From a virus, in the IMG/VR virus record IMGVR_UViG_3300045988_183476: 43,115 bases of DNA; one strand, given 5' to 3'. Below are positions 16,914 through 25,970 of the stretch, piece after piece. Position numbers and translations under genes: made by a program. The stretch's first letter is position 1. Every line of letters begins with the position of its first letter. Under the pieces are notes generated by a model. The model did no database searches. It was given only the letters and a program-made list of their open reading frames with translations, and had not been told where the DNA came from.

Positions 16914-17747
16914 TTATAAAAAATCCATCAAAGATTTAAACTCTATATTCCGTTTTAGCTTTTTAAAGGCTATATTTTTAATCTGATATACCCTCTGATG
17001 GGTAAATCCCATTTTTTCTCCTATTTCTCTGCCGCTTAAAACTTCTTTTCCATTTAATCCATATAATTGTTCAATTACAAAAAGCTCATTTTCAGATAGA
17101 ATTTTCCTAAGTAGAATGGATACTCTTTTTTTCATATCCTTATTACAGACATAATTTTCAATATTTCTATCAGATGGAATTAGATTTCCTAATGTTATAT
17201 TCTCTTCCTGCTCTGTTATGGCTTCTTTATCCAGTGATAAACATTGTTGGTTCCAGTCCGTTAATACATATTCAAGAAGAACCCCTCTATACCCTGTACT
17301 TTTCTTTATCTCCTCCATTGTTGGTTTCCTGTTATATAAAAGATAATATTCCCGACAAAGTTGCTCTATTTTCTTTCTGGCTTCTGCGATACGAAAGGGA
17401 CGTATTATCATTTCTGAGGAGTTTGCAAATTCTCGGATATATTTTTTTATCCATGGAGTAGCATATGTAGAAAAGGCTGTCTGATAGGATAACTCAAATC
17501 GGCCAAGAGCTTCAATAAGCCCTTTAATTCCTTCATGAAAAAGGTCAGCAATATCTATACCAGGACATCCAAAAGAAAATTTCTGAGCAATTCTTAATAC
17601 AAGGCCTGCATTGGAAAGAATAATTTTGTCATGAATTAAATTGTCTCCTGTTTTTTTATATTCTAATATCAGTTTGTCTAAATCCTTTTTTGTGAGTACA
17701 GGGTTGTTTTTTATAATGTCATATATATAATATTCAGATTCGTACAT
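16914..17747 (-). CDS. sigma-70 family RNA polymerase sigma factor (regions 2, 3, 4)
   Basis: DLFHEGIKGLIEALGRFE / FSTYATPWIKKYI (region 2), REIGEKMGFTHQRVYQIKNIAFKKL (region 4 HTH); GAGGTGGA RBS. Confidence 0.85.
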   Translation of the reverse strand: MYESEYYIYDIIKNNPVLTKKDLDKLILEYKKTGDNLIHDKIILSNAGLVLRIAQKFSFGCPGIDIADLFHEGIKGLIEALGRFELSYQTAFSTYATPWIKKYIREFANSSEMIIRPFRIAEARKKIEQLCREYYLLYNRKPTMEEIKKSTGYRGVLLEYVLTDWNQQCLSLDKEAITEQEENITLGNLIPSDRNIENYVCNKDMKKRVSILLRKILSENELFVIEQLYGLNGKEVLSGREIGEKMGFTHQRVYQIKNIAFKKLKRNIEFKSLMDFL

Positions 17748-17789
17748 TTTTATCCACCTCTTTCGTGTATATTAATAATTTTTTCTATA

Positions 17790-17825
17790 TTTATAGTATG
17801 AAAGAAAAATTTTTAAATCTTTTTT
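17790..17825 (-). promoter_or_regulatory. putative promoter of the sigma gene carrying the same CATACTAT -10 signature
   Basis: minus strand reads TTTCTTTCATACTATAAATATAG (-10 at 17793-17800). Confidence 0.35.
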
Positions 17826-17887
17826 CTGTAGAATTTTTTCTATTTCCCTTGTGTTTTTTGCTTTTATGGATTAGTACAACAAAAATC

Positions 17888-17935
17888 TTATACAGAAAAA
17901 TTAAAACCATCTTCAAAATATCATACTAATAATAA
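17888..17935 (+). promoter_or_regulatory. P-module promoter P5 (helicase/methylase operon)
   Basis: TTATACAGAAAAA, -35-like TTAAAA 17901-17906, 17-nt spacer, -10 TACTAA 17924-17929. Confidence 0.45.
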
Positions 17936-18002
17936 GGAATATAAGAAGTAAGCTACTGCGAATAGTAGTTATAGTGCATCGACAAAATACAAGGAGAAAA
18001 TC

Positions 18003-20183
18003 ATGTCTATAGAAAATAAACAGATGATATGGATATATGGATGTATCGATAAGATTATCTATGATAACAAAAAAGGATTTATGATATTTGTTCTTCGTAA
18101 GAAAACAAATTCTATTATTGTTAAAGGAGAATTTTTACAGATTCCTCTGAAAAGCAGTATTCGTATACTCGGATATTATGTAAGGGATAAAAAATATGGG
18201 AAGCAATTTTCAGCTATTTCTTATCAATTCGTAATACCTGAAAATATCTACTCATGGCAGAAATGGCTTGCAAGCGGGATTATTAAAGGGATACGAACGA
18301 AAAACGCAAGAAAGATTATTGATTATTTTGGCGAAGATACCATGAATATATTAAATGGTCAGCCGGAAGAATTAGCAAAAGTTCCGGGTATCAGTTTAAG
18401 ACAGGCCAATATTATCTGTGATAAGTTTCAAGAACATACACAAAATGCAGATATATTGATCAGCTTATGCAATTATGGAATACCTGTTCATATAGGTAAA
18501 AAGATTATAAAAAAGTACGGAACTAAGACAATACAGCAGCTACAGGAAAATCCTTATAAAGTTGCGGATCAAGTTGCTTCTTTAGGCTTTAAAACTATTG
18601 ACCCAATAGCTTTACGAATAGGGATAGATGAAAAATCAGATTATCGGATTCAATCAGCTTTTTTGTATTTATTAAATCAGGCAGAGCAAGAAGGACATGT
18701 TTATTTACCAGAAAATATCCTTTTAAGAAACGCCTCCAATCTTTTAGGTTTTCCAGTTTCCTTCCTGAGAGATTCTCTTTTACGTTCCAATCTTAAAAGG
18801 GTGGAAGATCAGAGCGAAATATATGTGTACCGTCCGTGGAAGTATAAGGAAGAAATAGATATAACTCATATATTAGTCAAACTGGCAGGACAGAGAGAAT
18901 CTGATATCAAAAAACAAGAAGAAACCTTATTACAGCAGTATAGTGATACAGCTAATGAAGAGCAACTTAACGCTGTAAGACAGGCATTAAGAAGTTCTTT
19001 GATGATCTTAACAGGAGGACCGGGTACAGGAAAAACATTTACAACAAATTTGGTTATTCGTTTTCTAAAGAACCGAGGTAAAAAAATTTTATTAGCAGCA
19101 CCTACAGGACGAGCCGCAAAACGAATGGAAGAATCTACAGGGATGTCCTCTCAGACAATACACCGGTTATTAGAATATGGAAGGGATGATATCGGAAATA
19201 TAGGATTCCAGAGAAATGAAAATAATCCATTAGAAACAGATACCGTAATAATAGATGAATCCAGTATGATTGATCAATCATTAATGTATGCGTTATTAAA
19301 GGCTATTCCTAAAAATTGTCAGCTCATACTGGTTGGTGATAAAAATCAGCTTCCAAGTGTTGGGGCTGGAAGAATATTGGCAGATATTATTGCTGCTGAT
19401 ATTTGTCCAGTGATTGAATTAAAAAAAATTTACCGACAATCCGAAGAAAGTTATATCGCGGAAGCTGCACATGGAATTTTAGAAGGAAAAGTACCATATC
19501 CATGGGGAAAAGATAAAAAGATAAAGGATTTTTATTTTATTCCTGTAGATTATTCTGATAAAGAAAAGGCTGCGACAGTTATTTCTGAATATGCTGGAAA
19601 AAAGGTTCCTGCTTTTGCGAACAATGATGTTCAAGTCTTAACAATGACAAGAGTTCGGGCAACAGGATGTCAGGAATTAAATGAAAAAATAAAAGAGATT
19701 ACAAATCCTTCTGATAGATCCAAAAGAGAATATAAAAATTTTCGTGAGGGAGACAAAGTTATTCAGATGAAAAACAATTATAAACTGGAAAGAATATATC
19801 CAGATAAAAAGAAAAGCATTGGAGTATTTAATGGAGATACCGGCAAAATCATAGAGATAAATGATAACGATGAGAATATAATCGTGAGAATGGATGATGA
19901 AAGCATTGTTTCTTATTCCTATGAAGACATAGAACAGGTCGAACTTGCTTATGCAATCACTGTACATAAATCTCAAGGAAGCGAATATCCTGTGGTTTTA
20001 ATCCCAGTGTTTGACTTTATTCCCAATCTTACAGACCGGCAGATTATATATACTGCAATTACAAGAGCGAAAGAAATGGTTGTATTAGCAGGAGATTATA
20101 AGAAATTACAGATGATGATAAGAAATATAAGAAGTGTAAAACGATACACCAGATTAGAATATTTATTAAAAGCGAGGTCGTAA
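18003..20183 (+). CDS. RecD2-like SF1B ATP-dependent DNA helicase
   Basis: LTGGPGTGKTF (Walker A), VIIDESSM (Walker B), LVGDKNQLPSVGAG, AITVHKSQGSEYP; N-terminal HhH-like region. Confidence 0.9.
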   Translation: MSIENKQMIWIYGCIDKIIYDNKKGFMIFVLRKKTNSIIVKGEFLQIPLKSSIRILGYYVRDKKYGKQFSAISYQFVIPENIYSWQKWLASGIIKGIRTKNARKIIDYFGEDTMNILNGQPEELAKVPGISLRQANIICDKFQEHTQNADILISLCNYGIPVHIGKKIIKKYGTKTIQQLQENPYKVADQVASLGFKTIDPIALRIGIDEKSDYRIQSAFLYLLNQAEQEGHVYLPENILLRNASNLLGFPVSFLRDSLLRSNLKRVEDQSEIYVYRPWKYKEEIDITHILVKLAGQRESDIKKQEETLLQQYSDTANEEQLNAVRQALRSSLMILTGGPGTGKTFTTNLVIRFLKNRGKKILLAAPTGRAAKRMEESTGMSSQTIHRLLEYGRDDIGNIGFQRNENNPLETDTVIIDESSMIDQSLMYALLKAIPKNCQLILVGDKNQLPSVGAGRILADIIAADICPVIELKKIYRQSEESYIAEAAHGILEGKVPYPWGKDKKIKDFYFIPVDYSDKEKAATVISEYAGKKVPAFANNDVQVLTMTRVRATGCQELNEKIKEITNPSDRSKREYKNFREGDKVIQMKNNYKLERIYPDKKKSIGVFNGDTGKIIEINDNDENIIVRMDDESIVSYSYEDIEQVELAYAITVHKSQGSEYPVVLIPVFDFIPNLTDRQIIYTAITRAKEMVVLAGDYKKLQMMIRNIRSVKRYTRLEYLLKARS

Positions 20184-20184
20184 C

Positions 20185-20988
20185 ATGAGAGGAATTATCA
20201 AATATCCTGGAAGTAAATGGAGGATTTCTGATTGGATTCTTTCTTATTTTCCAAAACATCATAGTTATTTAGAACCATTTTTGGGTTCTGGAGCAGTGTT
20301 CTTTTCTAAGCAACGCTCAAATATAGAAACGATTAATGATTTAGATGAGGATGTTGTTAACTTATTTCATTGGGTGCAACATGACCCAGAAAGACTGGCC
20401 CATGAAATATATTATACCCCATATTCCAGACAGATATATGACAATGCATTTTTGCCAGATAATGAAAACAGTTTGGACAAAGCAGTCAAATTTTTAATTC
20501 GTTTGAACATGGGCTATGGTTATCGTACTACAGGGGCTAAAGTTGGATGGAAAAATGATGTGCAAGGAAGAGAAAAGGCATATGCTGCATTAGATTGGAA
20601 AAGCTTACCAGATAGAATTTTGGAGATAACAGAACGGCTTAGAGGAGTGCAGATTGAAAATAGACAGGCAGTGGATGTTATTTCCAGATTTAACTATGAA
20701 AATGTATTGATTTATTGTGACCCACCGTATCTGCTCGATACACGAAGCGGTGGAGAACAATATAAGCGAGAAATGACAGAAGATGATCATGAGAATTTGT
20801 TGTACCAATTAAAAAAACATAAAGGTTTTGTCTTACTTAGCGGTTATGAATCAAAAATGTATGATTCATTGTTAAAGGACTGGCACAAAGAGACTCATAT
20901 AAATTATTCCCAAGCGGGAAGCAAAAAACAGGAAGTTTTATGGATGAATTTTGAGCCGCCAGCACAGTTATCCATTTTTGATTTATAG
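20185..20988 (+). CDS. Dam-type (D12 class) DNA N6-adenine methyltransferase, orphan
   Basis: KYPGSKWRI N-terminal motif, FLGSGAV (AdoMet), CDPPY catalytic motif; no adjacent endonuclease recognised. Confidence 0.85.
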   Translation: MRGIIKYPGSKWRISDWILSYFPKHHSYLEPFLGSGAVFFSKQRSNIETINDLDEDVVNLFHWVQHDPERLAHEIYYTPYSRQIYDNAFLPDNENSLDKAVKFLIRLNMGYGYRTTGAKVGWKNDVQGREKAYAALDWKSLPDRILEITERLRGVQIENRQAVDVISRFNYENVLIYCDPPYLLDTRSGGEQYKREMTEDDHENLLYQLKKHKGFVLLSGYESKMYDSLLKDWHKETHINYSQAGSKKQEVLWMNFEPPAQLSIFDL

Positions 20989-21060
20989 GAAAAGGTGCAG
21001 AAAAGAATATATAATATGGCAGATAACTAAATAATTCTAAAAAAAGAAGGGATAAAATAT

Positions 21061-21588
21061 ATGTCAGAAAGAATCATATTCTTAGATGTTGACGGTGTTC
21101 TTAACTATATGTCTTATCGGAATAAAAGTACAGCCAATATAGATCCTTCAAAAGTCGAAATGCTTGCTTATATCTGCACCCAAACAAATGCGAAGGTTGT
21201 TATAACATCTAGCTGGCGTGGGTCAGAAACATACACCCCAAGAATATATTATATATTGATTGATATCCTTAAAGAACATCATGTTCCAGTGCTTGGAGAT
21301 GCTCCTTATATTGAAGGACAGTTTACCGCATCTGTTGATACTGAGAAAAGTTATTCCCTAGATGAAATAGGAGATATGTCTTTTGAACCGGGTACAGGAC
21401 GGGGTGCAGAAGTAGATAAGTATATTAAGGATAATAATATTAAGCAATTTGTTATCTTTGATGATGAAGATTGGGACTGGACATATTATGGATTGGAAAA
21501 ACATTGGTGCAGGTCTACATATTATGATAAAAAATACGGCGGTTTACAACCAAGACATATTAAAAAGGCTATCCAATTATTAGATTAG
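21061..21588 (+). CDS. small HAD-superfamily phosphatase-like protein
   Basis: FLDVDGVLN (DxDGV motif I), VITSSWR (motif II), IFDDED (motif IV). Confidence 0.65.
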   Translation: MSERIIFLDVDGVLNYMSYRNKSTANIDPSKVEMLAYICTQTNAKVVITSSWRGSETYTPRIYYILIDILKEHHVPVLGDAPYIEGQFTASVDTEKSYSLDEIGDMSFEPGTGRGAEVDKYIKDNNIKQFVIFDDEDWDWTYYGLEKHWCRSTYYDKKYGGLQPRHIKKAIQLLD

Positions 21589-21641
21589 AAAGGCTCATGC
21601 TATTACAGTACGAGTCTTTTTTATTCCCTTATGTAAACGAA

Positions 21642-21703
21642 CATACTATTTTCGAAACAAATTTATTGATGTGAAGGAGGTTAAAATGCTAAATCATTGT
21701 TTC
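21642..21703 (+). promoter_or_regulatory. leader module b: CATACTAT + 5' hairpin with GAAGGAGG loop
   Basis: GAAACAA/TTGTTTC lower stem, ATTTAT bulge, TGAT/ATCA upper stem. Confidence 0.55.
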
Positions 21704-21730
21704 TAAAAAAGATATAAGGGAGAAATTAAA

Positions 21731-23098
21731 ATGAAAGAGATGATAATTGATGCTTTCGCAGGAGGAGGCGGAGCAAGTGTTGGAATTGAAATGGCTCTTG
21801 GCCGGCAAGTAGATGTAGCGGTAAATCATGATCCAGATGCAATTTTAATGCATAAAACAAATCATCCTAATACAGTGCACTTGACGGAAGATATTTTTAA
21901 AGTAGACTTGAAAAAATATACAAGAGGGCGGCATGTTGCTCTTATGTGGGCAAGTCCTGACTGCACTTCTCACAGTAAAGCAAAAGGTGGACAGCCTCGT
22001 AAAAAGGGATTAAGAATACTTCCGTGGGCTGTGTATAAACATGCAAAAGTAATCCTTCCAGATGTAATAATAATGGAGAATGTTGAAGAGATACAGCAGT
22101 GGGGTCCGTTGGATGCAAAAGGATATCCAATTCCGGATAGAAAAGGAGAGGATTATAAAAAGTTTATCTTAGCAATGAAAAGGCTTGGTTATGTCTTTGA
22201 TTGTCGTGAGTTAGTAGCGGCAAATTATGGTGCACCAACCACACGCAAACGATGGTATGCAGTATTTCGGAGAGATGGCAAGCAAATCAAATGGCCTATA
22301 CAGACGCATAGTAAAGATGGTATCAACTTCCGCAAATGGAAACAGTGTGGAGATTATATTGACTGGAGCGATCTGGGTAAATCTATATTTGACAGAAAAA
22401 AACCTTTGGCGGAGGCTACTCAAAAAAGGATAGCAAATGGAATAAAGAAGTATATCATTAATAATCCAAATCCATATATTGTAAAAAACAAAAAAGCATC
22501 GGCTTTTATCATTCAATATCATGGTGAAACAAGGGAAGGCGATTCCAGGGGGCAACTTTTAACAGAGCCTATTAAAACAATCGATACATCGAATCGATAC
22601 GGCTTAGTTACTGCATTCATTACTAAATATTATAAGACTGGAATAGGACAAGGGTGCGATGAACCACTCCATACCATAACGACTTCTCCTGGGCATTTTG
22701 GTCTAGTATCGGCATTTTTAATCAAATATTACGGGACTGGATGCGGACAGCAATTAGATACTCCTCTTGGAACAATTACCACAAAAGACCGGTTCGGATT
22801 AGTTAATGTAATCTTAGATATAAAAGGAGAAAAATACATTATATCAGATATATTTTTACGGATGTTAAAACCAGAAGAATTAAAGATAATGCAGGGTTTT
22901 CCTAGAGATTATATTATTGACCGTGATTATAAATGGAAAAAATATCCTATAGCTAAACAGGTGGCCCGGATAGGAAATAGTGTAGTTCCTATTATGGCAC
23001 AAAAATTGGTAGAGGCAAATTGTGGATACTTAAAGCAGGGAGAAAGAGCAAGAGGATTGATTGTTTATAAAGATCAAGAGCAACTAAGATTTGCGTAA
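21731..23098 (+). CDS. DNA (cytosine-5)-methyltransferase, phage/plasmid type, orphan
   Basis: DAFAGGGGAS (motif I), WASPDCTSHSKAKGG, MENVEE, AANYGAPTTRKRWY, GNSVVP; internal tandem FGLV..KYYGTG..PL.TITT repeats (22594-22812). Confidence 0.85.
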   Translation: MKEMIIDAFAGGGGASVGIEMALGRQVDVAVNHDPDAILMHKTNHPNTVHLTEDIFKVDLKKYTRGRHVALMWASPDCTSHSKAKGGQPRKKGLRILPWAVYKHAKVILPDVIIMENVEEIQQWGPLDAKGYPIPDRKGEDYKKFILAMKRLGYVFDCRELVAANYGAPTTRKRWYAVFRRDGKQIKWPIQTHSKDGINFRKWKQCGDYIDWSDLGKSIFDRKKPLAEATQKRIANGIKKYIINNPNPYIVKNKKASAFIIQYHGETREGDSRGQLLTEPIKTIDTSNRYGLVTAFITKYYKTGIGQGCDEPLHTITTSPGHFGLVSAFLIKYYGTGCGQQLDTPLGTITTKDRFGLVNVILDIKGEKYIISDIFLRMLKPEELKIMQGFPRDYIIDRDYKWKKYPIAKQVARIGNSVVPIMAQKLVEANCGYLKQGERARGLIVYKDQEQLRFA

Positions 23099-23130
23099 AA
23101 ATTGGTTTACTTTAGAAAGGAAATAAAATT

Positions 23131-23286
23131 ATGACAGGAAAATGTCCAATTTTATTTGAAAATAATCAGAAAAAATATCAGTTAACAAATCAAGAAATTC
23201 GGGAATTTTGTAAACTTGGATGTTCAGCTGACTGTGATATTTATTTGAAAGAATATGTTGATGAATTAAGGAAAAGAAAGGAATGA
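23131..23286 (+). CDS. small Cys-containing protein (51 aa)
   Basis: AAGGAAA RBS; MTGKCPILF...CKLGCSADCDIY. Confidence 0.45.
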   Translation: MTGKCPILFENNQKKYQLTNQEIREFCKLGCSADCDIYLKEYVDELRKRKE

Positions 23287-23396
23287 CGAATCCTCGGTAA
23301 AGTGAGATTGATTGTCAAGCGTGAATAATGACAAGAACAAAAGAACTGATAATTGCGTGAAAAAGATATGTATGGAAAATAAATCATATCTAAGTA

Positions 23397-23441
23397 ACAT
23401 GAGGTAAGCCCTGCCGGAATAAAAACATTGCCCGGACTGTG
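23397..23441 (+). repeat. R element type 2 internal fragment (deleted derivative)
   Basis: ACATGAGGTAAGCCCTGCCGGAATAAAAACATTGCCCGGACTGTGG aligns to 13990-14056. Confidence 0.45.
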
Positions 23442-23640
23442 GCACCAAGTTGGTATACTAAAAAAATTATTTCTCGTTTGGCAGAGAACCTTTATGAAAA
23501 AGATTTCTTGGCAGATGCGAATAAATGTGTCGAGTTCACTACAGATTTTTAATGTTTGCGGGAGCTGTACCATCTATTTGAAGATTTCAAAAAAAAGGAG
23601 AATCCAGAAATTAAAGAGGTTTTCAAAAGAAACAATGGTA

Positions 23641-23680
23641 GCTGCTCTGAATAGTAATTTTCAGAGCAGCTTTTTATTTT
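23641..23680 (+). terminator. intrinsic terminator
   Basis: GCTGCTCTGA/TCAGAGCAGC stem followed by TTTTTATTTT. Confidence 0.75.
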
Positions 23681-23693
23681 ATTCCTAAAATAT

Positions 23694-23756
23694 CATACTA
23701 CCTTTGAAACAAATCTATTGATGAGAAGGAGGAATAAAATTATCAATCATTGTTTC
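23694..23756 (+). promoter_or_regulatory. leader module c
   Basis: CATACTAC then GAAACAA/TTGTTTC stem, loop GAGAAGGAGGAATAAAA. Confidence 0.55.
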
Positions 23757-23813
23757 TGAAAATAAAGATATGTATTTGAAAAATAGCATATCAGTCGTTA
23801 TTTTATAATGTTT

Positions 23814-23827
23814 GCAGATTAAAACAA
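23814..23827 (+). repeat. isolated R tail GCAGATTAAAACAA fused directly to the RBS of 23839
   Basis: 14-nt match to the R 3' end, followed by AAGGAG. Confidence 0.4.
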
Positions 23828-23838
23828 AAGGAGAAAAA

Positions 23839-24786
23839 ATGGACACACCAACAAAACAATTTGTAAAAGAGGTACTAACTGGAAAAAATCAATTTACTTT
23901 TTCTTTTGGAACAGATTGTCTATATGCCATCAACATTAAACGGGGAAAATCCAGATTTATCTATGGATGTTATTCTTGTAATCTTGACTCATGTACGGAT
24001 GTAGATAAATTAACACTTCATTTGCTTGCTATTGTAAAAGATAAGTGGGTATATCTCAGTGAAAGTGTGCTTTTTAAAGTGTATACAGAAGAGGATAAGA
24101 AAAAGCTCCCAGAAAATGTAATGATGTTAAGAGATTATCAGCAGCTATGGAAAAAGCGACAAGAGAAACTTGTTAATGATTATCTGACGCAGTTTTTACG
24201 AATAGGTCTGAAGGATATCAGCTTGTCGAAAAAAGTAATGGATTTATGTGAAAGGAATGCTCGGATACATTTACTGCGAGGGACTCTTCCTAAGTTGACA
24301 GATACTATTTATATGGACGATTTCTTTGCAACGAGACAAAAATGTATTGACCATTTATGTGGTTTTATCAATCTGGAAAAAGAAACGATAAAAAAATTAG
24401 AACCATGTCATGATGTGTTCAAACAAAAAGCTAATATATATATGGTCACAAAAAAGATGATGGAAGAAAAGTCCTGTGTAAGTTCATGGGAATTAAATTT
24501 ATGTAAAAATCTAACAGAAAAAATGAAGACTGTAAAGGTTCTGTTTGAACATAACGGAAAAACAGCAAAAGGTTCTGTGGACACAAAAAGCTTGCGTGAT
24601 GTTTTGATACAAAGAGATATGCTCAGTGTCCTCAATTTTAAATCCACACCGGAAGGAGAAAAAGTATTTTCTGAACTAGGAATAACAAATCTTTTTGGGC
24701 TGCATTCTGGAGATGGTTTATATTGTAAAGATATTGTGCAGACAACCTATCAGAACAAAGTGTTATACAAAAGAGCAAAAAACTAA
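23839..24786 (+). CDS. hypothetical protein (315 aa)
   Basis: AAAGGAG RBS 5 nt upstream of the ATG at 23839. Confidence 0.8.
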   Translation: MDTPTKQFVKEVLTGKNQFTFSFGTDCLYAINIKRGKSRFIYGCYSCNLDSCTDVDKLTLHLLAIVKDKWVYLSESVLFKVYTEEDKKKLPENVMMLRDYQQLWKKRQEKLVNDYLTQFLRIGLKDISLSKKVMDLCERNARIHLLRGTLPKLTDTIYMDDFFATRQKCIDHLCGFINLEKETIKKLEPCHDVFKQKANIYMVTKKMMEEKSCVSSWELNLCKNLTEKMKTVKVLFEHNGKTAKGSVDTKSLRDVLIQRDMLSVLNFKSTPEGEKVFSELGITNLFGLHSGDGLYCKDIVQTTYQNKVLYKRAKN

Positions 24787-24798
24787 AGGAGAATATAT

Positions 24799-25194
24799 AT
24801 GAGTTATCATTTTAAAGATTCAGGATATCCTGGAGAAGATTATCTTATCGTAACAAAAAAAGGAAAAGAGGAAGGAAACCTTCCTGACGGCATTATCCTA
24901 CTTGGAGGATTAATGTACTGTAGTATTGCTTTCCGAAACTGGATAAGAGAAGCGGAACGAAATGGATATTATGTTTATCCGGCAAAACATTGCGATGATG
25001 ACCATGAAGTTACTCATATTTCAGAGTTCGGTTTTGTGAACCGCTTTGGTTTTTTCATAACAAAAGAACCATTGTTTGTACATAGTCATGAGGATATCAT
25101 GATTGGACAAGGCTGGTTTGTCAGGAAACATACTACTGATTTTACAAAAGCTTTAGAAGTTTTAGAAAGTAAAACAAAAGGCGGAAGGGATTAA
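24799..25194 (+). CDS. hypothetical protein (131 aa)
   Basis: AAGGAG RBS. Confidence 0.8.
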   Translation: MSYHFKDSGYPGEDYLIVTKKGKEEGNLPDGIILLGGLMYCSIAFRNWIREAERNGYYVYPAKHCDDDHEVTHISEFGFVNRFGFFITKEPLFVHSHEDIMIGQGWFVRKHTTDFTKALEVLESKTKGGRD

Positions 25195-25197
25195 AAT

Positions 25198-25323
25198 ATG
25201 AAATTTATATTGATACTTTACACCAACAGGGCACTCTATAGTCCTTCCATTGTATTTGAAAGTAGCGGATATATCCATACGGCAAGAGGAAGACAGAAAT
25301 CATATTGGCTCAAATTAAAGTAA
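25198..25323 (+). CDS. possible small protein (41 aa)
   Basis: ATG 3 nt after upstream stop, GGAAGGG upstream. Confidence 0.25.
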   Translation: MKFILILYTNRALYSPSIVFESSGYIHTARGRQKSYWLKLK

Positions 25324-25344
25324 AAAAATAAATTGGAGGTTAGA

Positions 25345-25542
25345 ATGAAATACAAAGTATACGGAAATTATGTATTCTCAAAATTTCTTGGTGAGGTTGA
25401 AGCATCTTCACAAGAAGAAGCTATAGAAAAAGCATTAGATGATGCACCAGAAAATGCTTGGCTGTGCGTTCAGTGTGCAGCTGAATTTGAAGATGCAGGG
25501 GAATTGGTTGAAAATTCTATTGTTGCCGAAGAAATTAGATAA
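25345..25542 (+). CDS. small highly acidic protein (65 aa)
   Basis: TGGAGG RBS; E/D-rich with a CVQC motif. Confidence 0.7.
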   Translation: MKYKVYGNYVFSKFLGEVEASSQEEAIEKALDDAPENAWLCVQCAAEFEDAGELVENSIVAEEIR

Positions 25543-25586
25543 ATATCATAATCGGAAATAAGTCAGAAACAGTGAAAAAAAGAAGA

Positions 25587-25620
25587 AAGACTCACATCAA
25601 ACATGTGAGTCTTCTTTTTA
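25587..25620 (+). terminator. intrinsic terminator
   Basis: AAGACTCACAT/ATGTGAGTCTT stem followed by CTTTTTA. Confidence 0.75.
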
Positions 25621-25624
25621 TGAA

Positions 25625-25965
25625 TATAGTCATTATTTCAAATTCTTGTTCTGTATCAACAAATTGGTGCGGAGCATATTCTCCATAGGCTGTTGGTCTG
25701 CTAATCGTGACAATCTGCACTCCTTTATAACCCGCAGCCCTATTTAATTTGTGTTTCAGCTATACAAGATGCTTACCATGTGTCGTTTTAAAAGCAAGAC
25801 ATCCGTGCGATTCCCGATCTTTTGCGACTAGATAACACATTTTTTAATGCCTTCTCAAAATCATTTTTGAACGTATAAATCTTTTTTCATACCCTTTGTC
25901 ATCATGATTTCGTTTTTATGTTTATGCTACCACAAGGAATATAAAATATTAAGATAACTATTTTA
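25625..25965 (-). pseudogene. decayed coding remnant(s), higher GC than surroundings
   Basis: Minus-strand frames give protein-like stretches (KNDFEKALKNVLSSRKRSGIARMSCF*, GVQIVTISRPTAYGEYAPHQFVDTEQEFE) broken by stops and frameshifts. Confidence 0.3.
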
Positions 25966-25970
25966 TTATT

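Noticed and set aside
21677-21703. Mini-ORFs started from the loop GGAGG (for example MLNHCF at 21685)
   Set aside because: They are present in only one or two of the nine copies, elsewhere the start codon is absent or at the wrong spacing, and the peptide merely reflects the conserved stem sequence.
22571-22581. R-tail-like 11/12-mers inside coding sequence (ATTAAAACAAT at 22571-22581 in the C5 methyltransferase, and GATTAAAACAAT at 41371-41382)
   Set aside because: Both encode IKTI in frame in AT-rich genes and have no flanking R similarity, so they are most likely chance or codon-driven. They would be worth re-checking only if the tail proves to be a recombination target.
23716-23730. Hammerhead-like UGAUGAG in leader hairpin loops
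   Set aside because: The CUGAnGA/GAAA core is not conserved among the nine copies (for example TTGACGAAAAGG and TTGATGTGAAGG), and there is no three-way junction.
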